A stretch of 63,971 bases of DNA, counting the filler, from Phoronis australis (Eukaryota > Animalia > Phoronida): assembly GCA_002633005.1 (NCBI GenBank). It is 12 parts of 12 records of this genome, joined end to end, with 100 filler letters (N's around TTAATTAATTAA, not from the genome) between each part and the next. Parts side by side here need not be neighbours in the genome. Positions count along the whole stretch, not along the records: positions 49,827 to 52,464 come from NMRA01003537.1; positions 52,565 to 56,196 come from NMRA01002930.1; positions 56,297 to 58,531 come from NMRA01003780.1; positions 58,632 to 60,791 come from NMRA01001449.1; positions 60,892 to 63,971 come from NMRA01000070.1; 7 more parts are not named here. The stretch is one strand, 5' to 3'. Of the stretch, positions 51,771 to 63,519 are shown one piece after another (the first letter of the stretch is position 1; each line of letters begins with the position of its first letter). The notes below the pieces were generated by a model that was not told the origin of the DNA, ran no database searches, and worked only from the letters and a program-made list of their open reading frames with translations. The translations under genes were made by a program, and so were the position numbers.

Positions 51771-53077
51771 CTGGTATTGTAACTTATGACTGTCGATTTT
51801 GTTGTGGCTTTGTCTCTTCTTTAGCTAATTGTCTGAAAAACTTTAATGATCTGAACGTTTTTTATGTTTCACCTGTTATTTATAAAATTGAAGTGTGGTT
51901 CATATGTCATTGTCATGCAATATGGATTGGGTTTATTTTTGTTATTTTTCAGCAACTTGGGTCGCAGGGTCACCCTGATTTTAAGTTTCCCTGTAGACAA
52001 TAATGTCACATTGAAGGTAGTGCAAACTTACCATCAGTTAGACTTAAAGCCTACATTTCTAAAGCTGTCAATGATCCACGTTCAATCATAAAAATAGGCT
52101 TTCGATTGACACCACTTGGTGGTATATGACTAGTCTCAACTTGGTGCTTACTAAGACAGAAAGTGGTTTATGAGTTTGGAAAGATCTGACAGTTTGGTAT
52201 TGCATGAGACCTGAGGCTGAATGCGTGAGACCCGAGGCAGAATGCGTAACAACGAACGGTGTAAAAAGCCAACTTCAAAACCCAGAAATCACCATTAATT
52301 CTACTATTACAGGGAAAACGTTGAGGCAATTTTGCAATCATTATAGATGGTGAAAAGTTAGTTTTTGACGTTAGGTTGGTTTATTGCATCATTAAATGCC
52401 AATATCTTCTTAAGGTTAGCTTAGAATTCACTGACTGATGGTACGCGTTTTCCGATTTAAACTANNNNNNNNNNNNNNNNNNNNNNNNNNNNNNNNNNNN
52501 NNNNNNNNTTAATTAATTAANNNNNNNNNNNNNNNNNNNNNNNNNNNNNNNNNNNNNNNNNNNNCCTGTCATGTATTATTCATGAAGCTCATCCTGAAAT
52601 AACACAACACCACTCTCATTGTAATGTATTTACCCACAATGCAAAACATGTATCTTGCTTTTCCATATGCAAATGTACTGGTCACTTGCTTGTCTCCCAG
52701 TTATCACGTAATTTACCATTTTTATGCAAACAAACATTTATTATTGCATTTTGAGTTTCGGTGTTGCAACAAGAAATTGGAAAGGTTAAACACCAATGGG
52801 GATGTTCAATATATTGTTCTTCCCGTGTATGAGTGCCTGATGTTTTGAGAAGTTTGTCTGTTGTGAAATGCATTTTTTTACCTATCCTAAGAGGAGAGTT
52901 TTATTCAGGACAAGTTACTGATTTCTGTATTCATGGTGATAGGTTCCCCTGTAGAATTTAAAGTGGCATTAAACACGTTGTTTCTGGCAAAAATAGATTT
53001 TGATTTAGGCCACTTGGTTATAAAAGTTATAGATCTTGTCTTGTTCCTGTTTAAAATTCATCTGTGGTCTTGAAAAG

Positions 53078-53224
53078 AACTGAGAGTGACCTGAAACTTC
53101 ATGAGCTTGGTCTGAAGAAATAGTAAACTGAGAGTGACCTGAAACTTCATGAGCTTGGTCTGAAGAAATAGTAAACTGAGAGTGACCTGAAACTTCATGA
53201 ACTTGGTCTGAAGAAATTGTGAAC
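53078..53224. repeat. 48-bp tandem repeat x3
   Basis: aactgagagtgacctgaaacttcatgagcttggtctgaagaaatagta repeated. Confidence 0.95.
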
Positions 53225-53489
53225 TGCCAATGTTTTCCTGGCCCAGAAATCACACCTATTTTGACAAAGCAGAAGTGAATTTGACACCAAGATAATGGCA
53301 AGTGGTCTAAATTAAAACTGTTTTGACTGAAAACATGGCTTTAAAGCCGTTTTCTTCATAATGACTTATAACCAATTTGAGTTTAAGGCAGACAAAACAC
53401 TCTACCTCTTTTGTATCAGTTAAAAGTTTATGTATTTTGGTGATGTATTTTTAACTATAAATGAAGTTGTGATTTTAAGAAGATTTTGA

Positions 53490-53830
53490 AGTTAAAACTA
53501 GCATTTGCATGTTTATTAAATTTTATTGTATACCAGCCAGTAAGAAATGTCCAATGAGTTCGATATTTTCTTTCAGATTTTGAAGAACAATTATTTTTCT
53601 CGAATTTAAGATAATTGCTTTCTATTTAGTTTACATTTGATTGAAGTGATGTTTAGAGTTAAACATTTGCGTGTTTATGAAATTTTATTGTACACCAGCC
53701 AGTAAAAAAAATACTCCAGTGAGTATAATAATTTCCTTTATAAGTCTTTGAAGAACAATTACTTTTCTTCAGTTTGACATAATTGCGTTCTGTTTGGTTT
53801 TGATTTGATTGAAGTGGTGATTGTTAAAGT
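53490..53830. repeat. ~165-bp imperfect tandem duplication
   Basis: catttgc.tgtttat.aaattttattgta.accagccagtaa...tgaagaacaatta...atttgattgaagtg occurs twice. Confidence 0.8.
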
Positions 53831-54172
53831 TAAGTTTATTTTATCCATAAATAAGTATTTCAAATTATTAATGTGATTACAGGGGTGTTTGTATTTCTGT
53901 GTGTGGCTTTTTTCATTAACTACTTGTAACTTGTAACAGAATTTTACTCAAATGTCATGTTGTATAACATTGTTTCAAATATTTTTCTCGTTCAAACGTC
54001 CTTTTACTCTGGTGGTACAGGTACGGTCGGTTGCCATGTTATAATAAATATTTACGCAAATATACTGTGTTGTGACTTTGTCTCAGCCGGTACATGGAAA
54101 GTCGTGGGTCAGAAATCGCCACATTCAACCACTCAAGTATAAGTTTGAATGCTACAGGTGATATTGGGCTAC

Positions 54173-54319
54173 CAGTAGCGGATCCAGGATTTTGAGTTAG
54201 GGGGGCCAGGGCAGAGTATTAGCCAGGATTTTGTCCGTCAGACATTTGCACCCCCGTACTGCCAAATGGAATCTGTGAGAATTTTAGGGGGGCCATGGCC
54301 CCCTCTAAATCCGCCACTG
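54173..54319 (-). mobile_element. ~150-bp MITE, copy B, 5-bp TSD GCTAC
   Basis: CAGTAGCGGAT...ATCCGCCACTG; GCTAC at 54168-54172 and 54320-54324. Confidence 0.9.
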
Positions 54320-54685
54320 GCTACACATTTCGTTCTTCGGCTATGAATGTTATACGCTGCCAGTCCACTAACGTTGAATCTGTTATAACCAAAACCCGCC
54401 TTCCGTCAAAGAGGATTCCGACTCGGTTCTCCGCTTTTGGCCTAAAACTGGTAACGTTCCTTAGTTTGGTGAGAGTGGTGGATTTTGAGTCAGAAATGAA
54501 CTAACAGCCATGTTGCTTCGTGCTCGACTTATGGCCGCCGGACACTAGCCACTCAAGTGTACCCCACACTACAGTTACCCTAGAACAAGTTCACCCCTGG
54601 AACGAGTTGTCGCTAGGTTTAGTCAGTAGTGTGGGCGCTACTTGCGCTGGAGCAACTTGACACAATTGACAACTTACGCCCACCC

Positions 54686-54834
54686 CAGTGGCGGATTTAG
54701 AGGGGGGCCATGGCCCCCCTAAAATTCTCCAAGATTCCATTGGGCAGTTCGGGAGTGCCAATGTCTGACAGGCAAAATCATTACTAATACTCTGCCCTGG
54801 CCTCCCCTAACTCAAAATCCTGGATCCGCCCATG
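54686..54834 (+). mobile_element. ~150-bp MITE, copy C, 5-bp TSD CACCC
   Basis: CAGTGGCGGAT...ATCCGCCCATG; CACCC at 54681-54685 and 54835-54839. Confidence 0.9.
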
Positions 54835-55198
54835 CACCCTATCGAGGTAGCGGGGTAAGCTGTTCTGGGATAACTTGTCTCAGCGGAAGTAGTACGTTAC
54901 AAGGTGGAAGTTATGCTAGGGATGTCCACGGAACTCTAGGACTCATACGTGTACCATGCTTTCAAGTGAAAGTTTGCGATCCCGAGATTTCGCGAGAGTG
55001 GCCGCGACAGCGAGCACTGTAATTTCCTGTTCAATTGAGATTTGAGTAGTGTTGTAAAGTAGTTATGATATCAAGCCTCTAATTTCATTGCTCCATTTTC
55101 ATTTTGCCATTTTTGTTCATAATGAAATCGTCACATAAGCGAAGATCACTTGAGGTACGGTTCCAGACAACCAGCGATTTTTCGATTTTATATACTGC

Positions 55199-56150
55199 CA
55201 TGGCCGTAGGAAGCGTGGGGGGCGGGGGGCCGTGCCCCCCTTCCCCAAAAAATTGCAGGGGTCAAGGTTAAACCATGGTAACCGACATACGCTTGGGGCC
55301 GAAAGCAGGCGAGAAAAGAAAGACTACAAATACGGCTAAGAGAGAAAATTCAAGAGAACATTTGACAACTCATGATCAGTGTATGGTTTACCCTTTGAGG
55401 GCCCTGGCCAGGACATTGTTGTTAGGGTCTTCCTTTTTGCTGCATAAATGTAGGCCGTCTAAATGCACTTGAAAATGTGCACTTAATCATTCATACATGT
55501 ATTTCGAAAAATCGAGAAAATTCGAAGCTTTTGCGGAGCATATTAATTCACTTGATTTGTGAATACAATAAGACAGTTTTGCGGATGCATAAATGCAAAA
55601 TTATATTTTCCAGAGGCCCTTCTCTAGCAAGGTATAACGAAGACAACTGTAGCTCTATTTTTTTCGTGTTTTACTTTCTCTAAATTGTGTATCACTTGAG
55701 AAAATTGATGGCTTGGCAGATAACATCAATTGTTGCGCATTTCCTGACTTGAAAATATAGATCTCAGAGGCCCAGCTCTTGAAGAAGACCATTGATGACA
55801 TTCAAGTGGCCAAACTATTCGTGTTTTAATTCTTAAGGGGTTGCTCAAGAAGACAGGAACCATTGTTGAAATCGATTATCTCTATTTTCTTGTTTTTTGT
55901 GAAATCGTACAACCGGGTTTCAGGTTGAGGATAGTCACTTCTTGCAAGGTCATCCGACAATGGAATGAGCTGTCACTCTTTTCCGAGGTTAGTGATGTGT
56001 AGCCTTTCATCTTAGGTGTCCCATTTCAGACGGGACCCCCTCTCAGTGGGGCGGTTCGGAATCCCTCTATACATGTAAATCTGCCACTGCCAAATATTCA
56101 CGAGGGGAAGTTGAGATTCCAAATTCACCAAAAACCCAAAAACAACCGTG
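55199..56150 (+). mobile_element. ~0.9-kb interspersed repeat, copy 2
   Basis: Collinear with 36538-37400; begins CATGGCCGTAGGAAG followed by a G-run. Confidence 0.8.
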
Positions 56151-56793
56151 CACAGCACAGCAATATCAAAACATGTGACCCAAACAACCAAAAATGNNNN
56201 NNNNNNNNNNNNNNNNNNNNNNNNNNNNNNNNNNNNNNNNTTAATTAATTAANNNNNNNNNNNNNNNNNNNNNNNNNNNNNNNNNNNNNNNNNNNNATTT
56301 GTTTAAGTGATTTTGTATCTTTCAGCTTTAGTTCCAAGAGCTTGTCCAGCCCTTTGGTCGGCAATTTTGTAACTGAAGTTGACGAAAGGTCTCTACAAAT
56401 TTTGAATGAATAATGTATGTAATCAGTTGTAAATCAAATTGAATCTTTTCTTTTGGACATTACTTACAAAATTTAACTTCTAGAACCGCGGAAACATCGC
56501 GCCCCCTAAGTAATCTGTCACAAACCAAATGCCAGCTCACGATTCTACAACGCTATCTTAGCCTAATTTTCCGCTTTTTTCTCTTCGCTTTCGTTAACAT
56601 AACTATCCAATTAGATTATAATGAACGTCTTAAGTTTAGAGTAGAAAACTTTCGCTACGTTCTGCAGTCCATCTACACAAGGGGGGAATCAACACTAGCC
56701 TAGACTTCAAAAACACCAGGCTGGACTGCAAAACCCAATGGCTGGTGTTGTAACCTGGCGATCTGACCTCAAAACGCGATGTCCGGTACCTCA

Positions 56794-56955
56794 CAGCAGC
56801 GGATTTAAAGGGGGGTCAAGGGGACCATGCCCCCCCTCCCCTAAAATTATCCCAAATTACATTTGTCAGTTCGGGGGTGCGAATGTCTGACGGGCAAAAC
56901 CCTGGCTAATTCTCTGTCCTGGCCTCCCTAACTCAAAATCCTAGATCTGCCCCTG
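56794..56955 (+). mobile_element. ~160-bp MITE, copy D, 5-bp TSD CCTCA, nested in an older palindrome
   Basis: CAGCAGCGGAT...ATCTGCCCCTG; CCTCA at 56789-56793 and 56956-56960. Confidence 0.88.
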
Positions 56956-58263
56956 CCTCAAAACCTGATGGTCGCCCCCCAAAAATGGTTAGCCGGACCT
57001 AAAACTGGTTCGGCAGTGCTCAAACACAATGTCCGAACAAATTACCGGCAACTGTTATAGCGCTGGCCATCGTGCTTTTGGTCCAGCCAACTAGTTTTTG
57101 GGTGAGGCCATCGCGTTTTGAAGTCCGGACAACACGTTTGATCACCGGCCATTTAGTTTTGCAGTTCAGTCAACTGGTTTTGAAGTCCGGGCAAGTGGTT
57201 TTGAAGTCCGACCAATTGTTGATTCTCCCGCTTGATACTCACGGGCGTAAATATCATATAAAACGTGGACAAAAATCAAACAAACAAACCCGTTAGCTTT
57301 ACAATTTTAACTAATGACTGCACTTCCACATTTTTATTCAAAATATAACGAAAATCAGTGCGCAAAAATGACATAGTCAAAAAGTGATACAAGATAACTC
57401 ACTTTTAAATTGTCAACATCAAAAAATTTTTAGTCGTAAACAAAAGTGGCTCGCTATCCCCCTGGTACCGATCTACGGCAGACAGTAGCGACCACATCAC
57501 CATAAGGCTAAACAAATGGGTTCCTACAACTATTTCTTCATTAACAATACTATACCCATTTTACGGCCTAAAAACACATTTTGGGATTTTTTTGGATTTC
57601 ATAGACGTTTTGAAGTTATCGGCTTAGTCCAAAACCAAAAAAAAACGGTAAGATTCGTTGTTTTTTGTTTTATTTTATCACAGATCGTCGTGGTTGTTTG
57701 CCAGGTATTCGCCTAACTTAAGACCGGGTGACTATACTCCACCATGTGTTGAGTGCGGTTTAGCTCAGCCCGCATTGTTTTCAACTGCCAACGTAGATTC
57801 CCAGTTGAAATCCATGCTGAAGCTGATCTCAGAAAGTAACTTTGCCTGGCTGATAATGTCACTGATAATTTACTTACAAAATGTTCAGTTCCTTGATTCC
57901 TTCAAATGCATAATCTCCAAGTGTGGACAGTTCTGCATTCTGCGACAAATTTCTGTCAAGAAAAACACATAGCTACATTAGTACCATGGGGTACGTGAAA
58001 AACATGCATCGCAGTTTTCCACAAGGTCGGGGCGTATGTCAGAAAATGAAATTTCGGGACCAAAAATCAAATCCAAACGTATGTCGGGGAGTACCACGTG
58101 CGTGGTGTCAATACAACAGAACAGTCAAAATAAGAACTGAGACAGCGCGGTCTAGTGGCAGAGATTGCGGGTTCGAATCATGACTCATTTCCAATTTTAT
58201 GTAGCCTACTGACGTGTAACATGCATTGTGCGTACCAAAGGACCTTTATGAATAAAGTTTATT

Positions 58264-58415
58264 GGCAGTAATTAGCAGTGCCTAGCAGTACGTAGCTGCA
58301 GCTAGCAGTAGCGATCATTAGCTAGTGGCAACTAACAGCAACAAGCTGTAGCTAGCAGTGGCTAGCAGTAGCCATCAATAGCTAGCAGTAGACAACAGTA
58401 GCACTAGTAATAGTA
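58264..58415. repeat. Degenerate 10-bp tandem repeat (GCTAGCAGTA)
   Basis: Directly visible. Confidence 0.8.
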
Positions 58416-58824
58416 TAGCCGTCGCCTAAGTGGACAACTCACATTGAAAATAGGGGTTCAGTTTACTTCTTATGCATTTGGTGAAATGGTGTGACGTCAT
58501 ATTACGAGAAAAAAATCATACTTACAATCTANNNNNNNNNNNNNNNNNNNNNNNNNNNNNNNNNNNNNNNNNNNNTTAATTAATTAANNNNNNNNNNNNN
58601 NNNNNNNNNNNNNNNNNNNNNNNNNNNNNNNGATGTAGCGCACATTTGGACTTAATCGCAATTAATCTGGACTCCACAGGAACTTTAAAAATTGTAAAAC
58701 ATCAGGAAGATTTCAGGTAATTTGTTGAGTCGAAACTATATTTTTATTCAAGAGTACAAGTTTTCCTATTGACGATCGCGATTCAGCTACGCATCAGTCG
58801 GCAAGTTTTCGCCCTGTGATGAGC

Positions 58825-59310
58825 ACAATTTTTTGAAAAATTATCGTAATTTAACAACGGAAGTTGATAGCAATGCACCACAATTTTGTAGAAAGGCTGT
58901 CATAGGCTACAAATACGTCATAGAGCGTAAATTTGATGAATCCTAGCTTCCGATTTTACCCGTTTGGGAAACCGGGTTTCAACTGCCGTAGGCTCACTAC
59001 AATAAGCGTCCCCTCCCCGTGAAATGAATTTTTCTAAGCGTTTGTTTGAGCCAATACAGTATACAGTTTTCCACCAAGGCTAGGTGATGCAAGACATTAT
59101 TACTTGTTCTTTGTTGCATTATAGTAACTGGTCTTGGCTAATTATCATTTTATGGCCTGGTCATCCATTCAGCCCAAAGTAGTTCCAGAGTTGGCTTATC
59201 AGCCAATTATTCACGCATGCTGACTCACAATAGAAGCCTGATAAGAGTGAAGGTGGATAAATGCGGTGTTCCTACAGTTTCTTGTTTTAGTGGATGTGTT
59301 CACGACATGA
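58825..59310 (-). mobile_element. Second copy of the 49280-49726 repeat
   Basis: Reverse-complement match. Confidence 0.85.
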
Positions 59311-59421
59311 TCATGGCGTTTCAAACCTCGCCTACCCTAACTTATGTGAAATTGAGCAGCCTATGCTGATGCAGACGGACATATTTTATTCAATGAGCGC
59401 AGGTCTGGAAATGAGTCGAGG

Positions 59422-59570
59422 TACAGACCAGAACCAATTTTTTTTTTGGGCCTAACACAACTCATCCAAAAGGATACAGACCAGAACCAATTTCACTTTT
59501 TTGGCCTAACGCGACACATCAAAGACCAGAACCAATTTTGCTTTTATGGCCTAACACGACTCATCCAAAA
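59422..59570. repeat. ~50-bp tandem repeat x3
   Basis: agaccagaaccaattt...tggcctaac occurs three times. Confidence 0.8.
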
Positions 59571-59645
59571 CCACACAAGTACCACATTAGTAAGATTTAG
59601 TTCCCAGTACAACCTGCGTTTGTTCTCCATCTGCCCAGCACTCAC

Positions 59646-59719
59646 CTTCTCAGACATCCCATAATTTTTCACCATAGCAGTAGCAATAGCCGTCGCCTGC
59701 TGGAAGTCACCACCCGCTC
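59646..59719 (-). CDS. YME1L1: Internal exon of i-AAA/FtsH-family metalloprotease (peptidase M41 domain), YME1L-like
   Basis: GAGGDFQQATAIATAMVKNYGMSEK resembles YME1L GASSDFDNATKIAKRMVTKFGMSEK more than AFG3L2/SPG7 (GAQDDL); ttgtttcag acceptor, gtgagt donor, 74 nt. Confidence 0.82.
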
Positions 59720-60456
59720 CTGAAACAACCCAGAGCGTTAGCAGCAATTAATGGATACCTGCAATGCTGAATTTAGAAAGTTATAGCTCAAGGGACTCAC
59801 ACAAAATATAGGCTCGCCTCATAGCCACAGGGAGCTTCTCCAAAGTGACGTCAACTTTAATCCGACATTCACTTTGACTCGAACATTGACACCAGGCTAC
59901 CTTCAAGTAAAGTTTCAAATTTTTGACCATGTAATTGGGGAGTTTTCCAGTCAAATCTCGGTTCCTTGGCCTGTGACAGTCAATGTTTAGTTGAAACTTG
60001 ACTCAAGAATTGACCAAACAAATTCACGTGCCTGAAAATTACATGAAATGTGACTTGTGATTCGACTATTTTCAGGTCTAGTCTCGCGTGAAGTTTGGTA
60101 GCCACGGGTCCTGGGTGGTATTTTGTGAAAAGTGACATGAGTTAAAAACACCATTCAGTATAGCATAGCGGGAGTGAAAGACAAAAACTTTTGATTCAAG
60201 CCTTCAGTTTTTACTTTCGGAGACAGACTGTTTTGGCAATTATTTTTTGTTCAAATTTTAGGAGTCTTTACTGTAATTCCCATTTTCAGTAGACCCCACG
60301 CCCAGGTCCTAAATAAAGCTTGCATGCTTGTGTATGTACATTCAGTTACAAGAGGTAAACTGAATATATTGCAACATGATAGGAAAGATATTTAAAAGCA
60401 CTTGATGAGTGGCTTAGTAATTATACACTGAATGTCTGATGTTGTCTTAATTTCAG

Positions 60457-60644
60457 GTCCATTTGGTCTTTCTTATGACGATGCTAACATACTAATTATT
60501 GTCCTCGGGTCTGGACTGGGTACCTCCGTTGTCATACTCATTGGCGTGTGTTGCTGTCTGGCGATGACACGCCGACGAATGAGAAGAATGAAGAGCCATT
60601 CGGAATTACATCGTCATAAAGGCTTCGAAATGTCATCCCTGTAA
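60457..60644 (+). CDS. Probable terminal exon of a single-pass type I membrane protein
   Basis: tttcag acceptor (phase 1); hydrophobic ILIIVLGSGLGTSVVILIGVCCCLAM, then basic RRRMRRMK and a short tail ending MSSL-stop. Confidence 0.6.
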
Positions 60645-61329
60645 CTGGCCGAATTTGAGATGGCAACTTTAACACCGACTATGGTGTGACTGCAAAAAGA
60701 TGTTTTACGCTCTCTTGTGCGCATGCTCGAAAAATGGCGGCAGCCTTTTAAATTCGCTCCTGTTCAATGGATGATTCTGAGTGGCAAATTGNNNNNNNNN
60801 NNNNNNNNNNNNNNNNNNNNNNNNNNNNNNNNNNNTTAATTAATTAANNNNNNNNNNNNNNNNNNNNNNNNNNNNNNNNNNNNNNNNNNNNGTTCCTGAA
60901 CTGATGAGCCGGAAATGTGGGTACGGAAATAACCGATGACAACCGGTAATCATACGCTCAGAGAGAATGGTCAAATACTGTTACAAAATCGCTTTTGGCA
61001 AGAAAGGCGAAAAGAATATAAAGAAAGGGTGTCGAAAATAAGAATTTATGTAGTAAATATTTTCGGATACTGGAACCACATGGGCAGTTTGCAACAAGGA
61101 CTTTAACACTCTTTTAAGATGTATTAATAAAATTCTTTTTGAGACACTGGGTAATGGTGGGTACTCTTTAAACAAAGTCATTTCTTTAGTAAGCTGCGAG
61201 TTAGAGACGGTTTCCGGAGTTCATATCTTGCGTCAATCATTAACCAGGCAATCACTTTCCGAAGTCTAACGGCGCATTTTCTGCACGTTCGTCAACCTTC
61301 GCAGCCCTGCGACTCACTCAACGTGCTTA

Positions 61330-61700
61330 AACCTAACGTGAGAAATAATCTGTACAAATCTCGTTCTTCCGCTTACACGTTCCTGAACCCCAGTCTTGCC
61401 CTAGGGTGGATGTATTCTGCGTCGGACATTTCAAAGCACCAACGCGTGTGCGACCTAGGAAGGTGGGCGAGAATACCACGAGATCTCAGACTCTGCCAAT
61501 GTGGTGAGGTTCAATTAGAGGAGCATGTACTACTGTTTTCCTCTTTTCAACAATATCAGATCTGCGTACATGACCATACGTCCATTTCCTTGTCGTTGAA
61601 TCAACCCGACAAACAATTAGCAACCTATGTTCCTGAAACCATAAATTGTTCGAACGCTAGGCATTATCATTGTATAAAATTGCAATATTTCCAGTTTTCC
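61330..61700 (+). mobile_element. Decayed LINE 3' fragment
   Basis: GRWARIPRDLRLCQCGEVQLEEHVLLF, the C-terminal Cys/His motif of non-LTR ORF2. Confidence 0.7.
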
Positions 61701-61914
61701 TTCAAATTTTGGAATCACTTAGACCCACTGGTTGTTTATTACTTTGTTGAACTGAACTTCATCACTCGTGTTACATGCATAAACTGTTGTAAGCGTGGAA
61801 ACTATATTGTTCAATTTCTTCTTTTTTAAGCCTCTTTGTTAACATATTCATTGGACTATCGTAACTTTAAATTATTTTGTAACCGTCGTTTATGTTTTGA
61901 TAGTCAATAAAACT

Positions 61915-62022
61915 ACTACGACCACCACCATCACCACCACCAGCACCACCACCATCACCACCACCATCACCACCACCACCACCAGCAGCAGCAGCAGCAC
62001 CACCACCACCACCACTACCACT
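61915..62022. repeat. (ACC)n/(AGC)n trinucleotide repeat
   Basis: Directly visible. Confidence 0.95.
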
Positions 62023-62526
62023 AAAGCCTGGTCTTGAGGTTATGTTGGATATTATTGACAAGTCTGTGAATTTAACGGAATATCTAGAAAAGAATAAATT
62101 TTAACTCACTGAAAGTACAGTATCTATTTTCTGAATGTAGGAAATTTGCCAAATTTAACTATAATCTTAAGCACTGACGAACTATCCATTGTTCCGAATC
62201 TCTTAAATCACTTACGGTTTGACTGAAGAAGAATTTGAGACCAGTTCCACAACGGTAAAAGGTTTCAATCAAAATCTGTCTTTCGTGATACAAGGCGTGT
62301 AGATTGTTTTCATTCTGTAAGATTACCGTAGGTAAGACAAGGTTTGCATCAGCTGCGCATTTACATCGAAGTAACACCAGTTTGTACGTCCCGCGGAGTG
62401 CGCATGTGAAAGTGCTGATGTTATCGGGCAGACATCGTAAAAGATTATCGTTGTCGCGGTGATGAGAGGGCCAGCCATCGTTGCAAAAATGCTTGACGTA
62501 ATTTTAACGACGACTCAAGATTCAGT

Positions 62527-63007
62527 GAACCAGTTCGTTTCATAAAAAGTGCCTTAAGATTTAAGACGGAAATTTGGTCTTACGCTTCACACAACCATTT
62601 TCTGGAAAAATAATTAAAAATCTCGCTTGAGAAAAAGTGCAGAGTCTCTGAGAATACAACTGCTTATTACTGAGAATGTTTTATAAATCACTTATCTAGA
62701 CTGTGATGTGCCCATACTTACTAAACCTTTTTACGAATTGTGAAGAGGAAGCGTAGGACCAAATTTCTGTCTTAAGTCACTTCTTTGAAACAGGGGCCCG
62801 TTCCAAGAAACTGACATTTTTTTATTTAAATCCCAGATTTGTCTCGACTTCCGAACTTTTAAACGTCCATATCCGAACAAAATGTAGGTCAACAACTTAG
62901 TCAAGTTTAAAATATTTTTCTTGAGAGGGTCTTGAGACAAATTTAAGTTTTATCTTAACATTTGTCTAAGCTAAGGCAGTTTTCTTGGAAAGGGCCCCAG
63001 TCCTCGG
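62527..63007. mobile_element. Harbinger-type MITE (family of 51457-51770) with a second MITE inserted in its right TIR
   Basis: gtttcataaaaagtg...ttaagacggaaatttggtct / gaccaaatttctgtcttaagtcacttctttgaaacag[insert]tcctcgg. Confidence 0.7.
62794..62997. mobile_element. Harbinger-type MITE, 3-bp TSD CAG
   Basis: TIR GGGCCCGTTCCAAGAAACTG / CAGTTTTCTTGGAAAGGGCCC; CAG at 62791-62793 and 62998-63000. Confidence 0.8.
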
Positions 63008-63519
63008 AAGAGGTTGAAATCGACTAACTTAGTTTGTTTTTGCAGGCCTGTCGAAATTACGCATGGACATGCCCGTAATTCACGCGAAGAAAGGCCAGTG
63101 TTTCGTGACTATGCTTATAGGTTAACATTGCATTGTCGTTCAGTTTGGAATGTTGAATAGTGTGGTAGATTTTCTTTATTATTGAACAGAATTCACTGTT
63201 TCCGTTCCATACGTTAAGACTTTTCGACACAAGTGCAGGCTTAGGTGAACGGAGTACAAAGCCAACCTCAGGTCATCTCTGAGTACCTGATCTCCAGTCA
63301 GTTTAATTTGTGAATCGGTAAGGAATGGTTAATCTTATCAAATACTTTACTGAAATCCATTTTAAGAGCATCAACGCTACTCCCTTTTCAACATGCTTAT
63401 TAATCTCATCGATGAAGCCCAGTAGTTTTGTTTTATGAGACGTTTTTGAGCTGCTTCCATGCTGCTAAAACCCGGTAAGTCCTGAGAATGTTTTTTCAAA
63501 TTTGGTGACCCATTTCCTT

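Noticed and set aside
9838-60891. Recurring TTAATTAATTAA between N runs as a biological motif, and any gene neighbourhood spanning them
   Set aside because: Artificial concatenation linker; flanking scaffolds are unrelated
61867-62061. Gly/Ala-rich ORF
   Set aside because: Translation of a trinucleotide microsatellite
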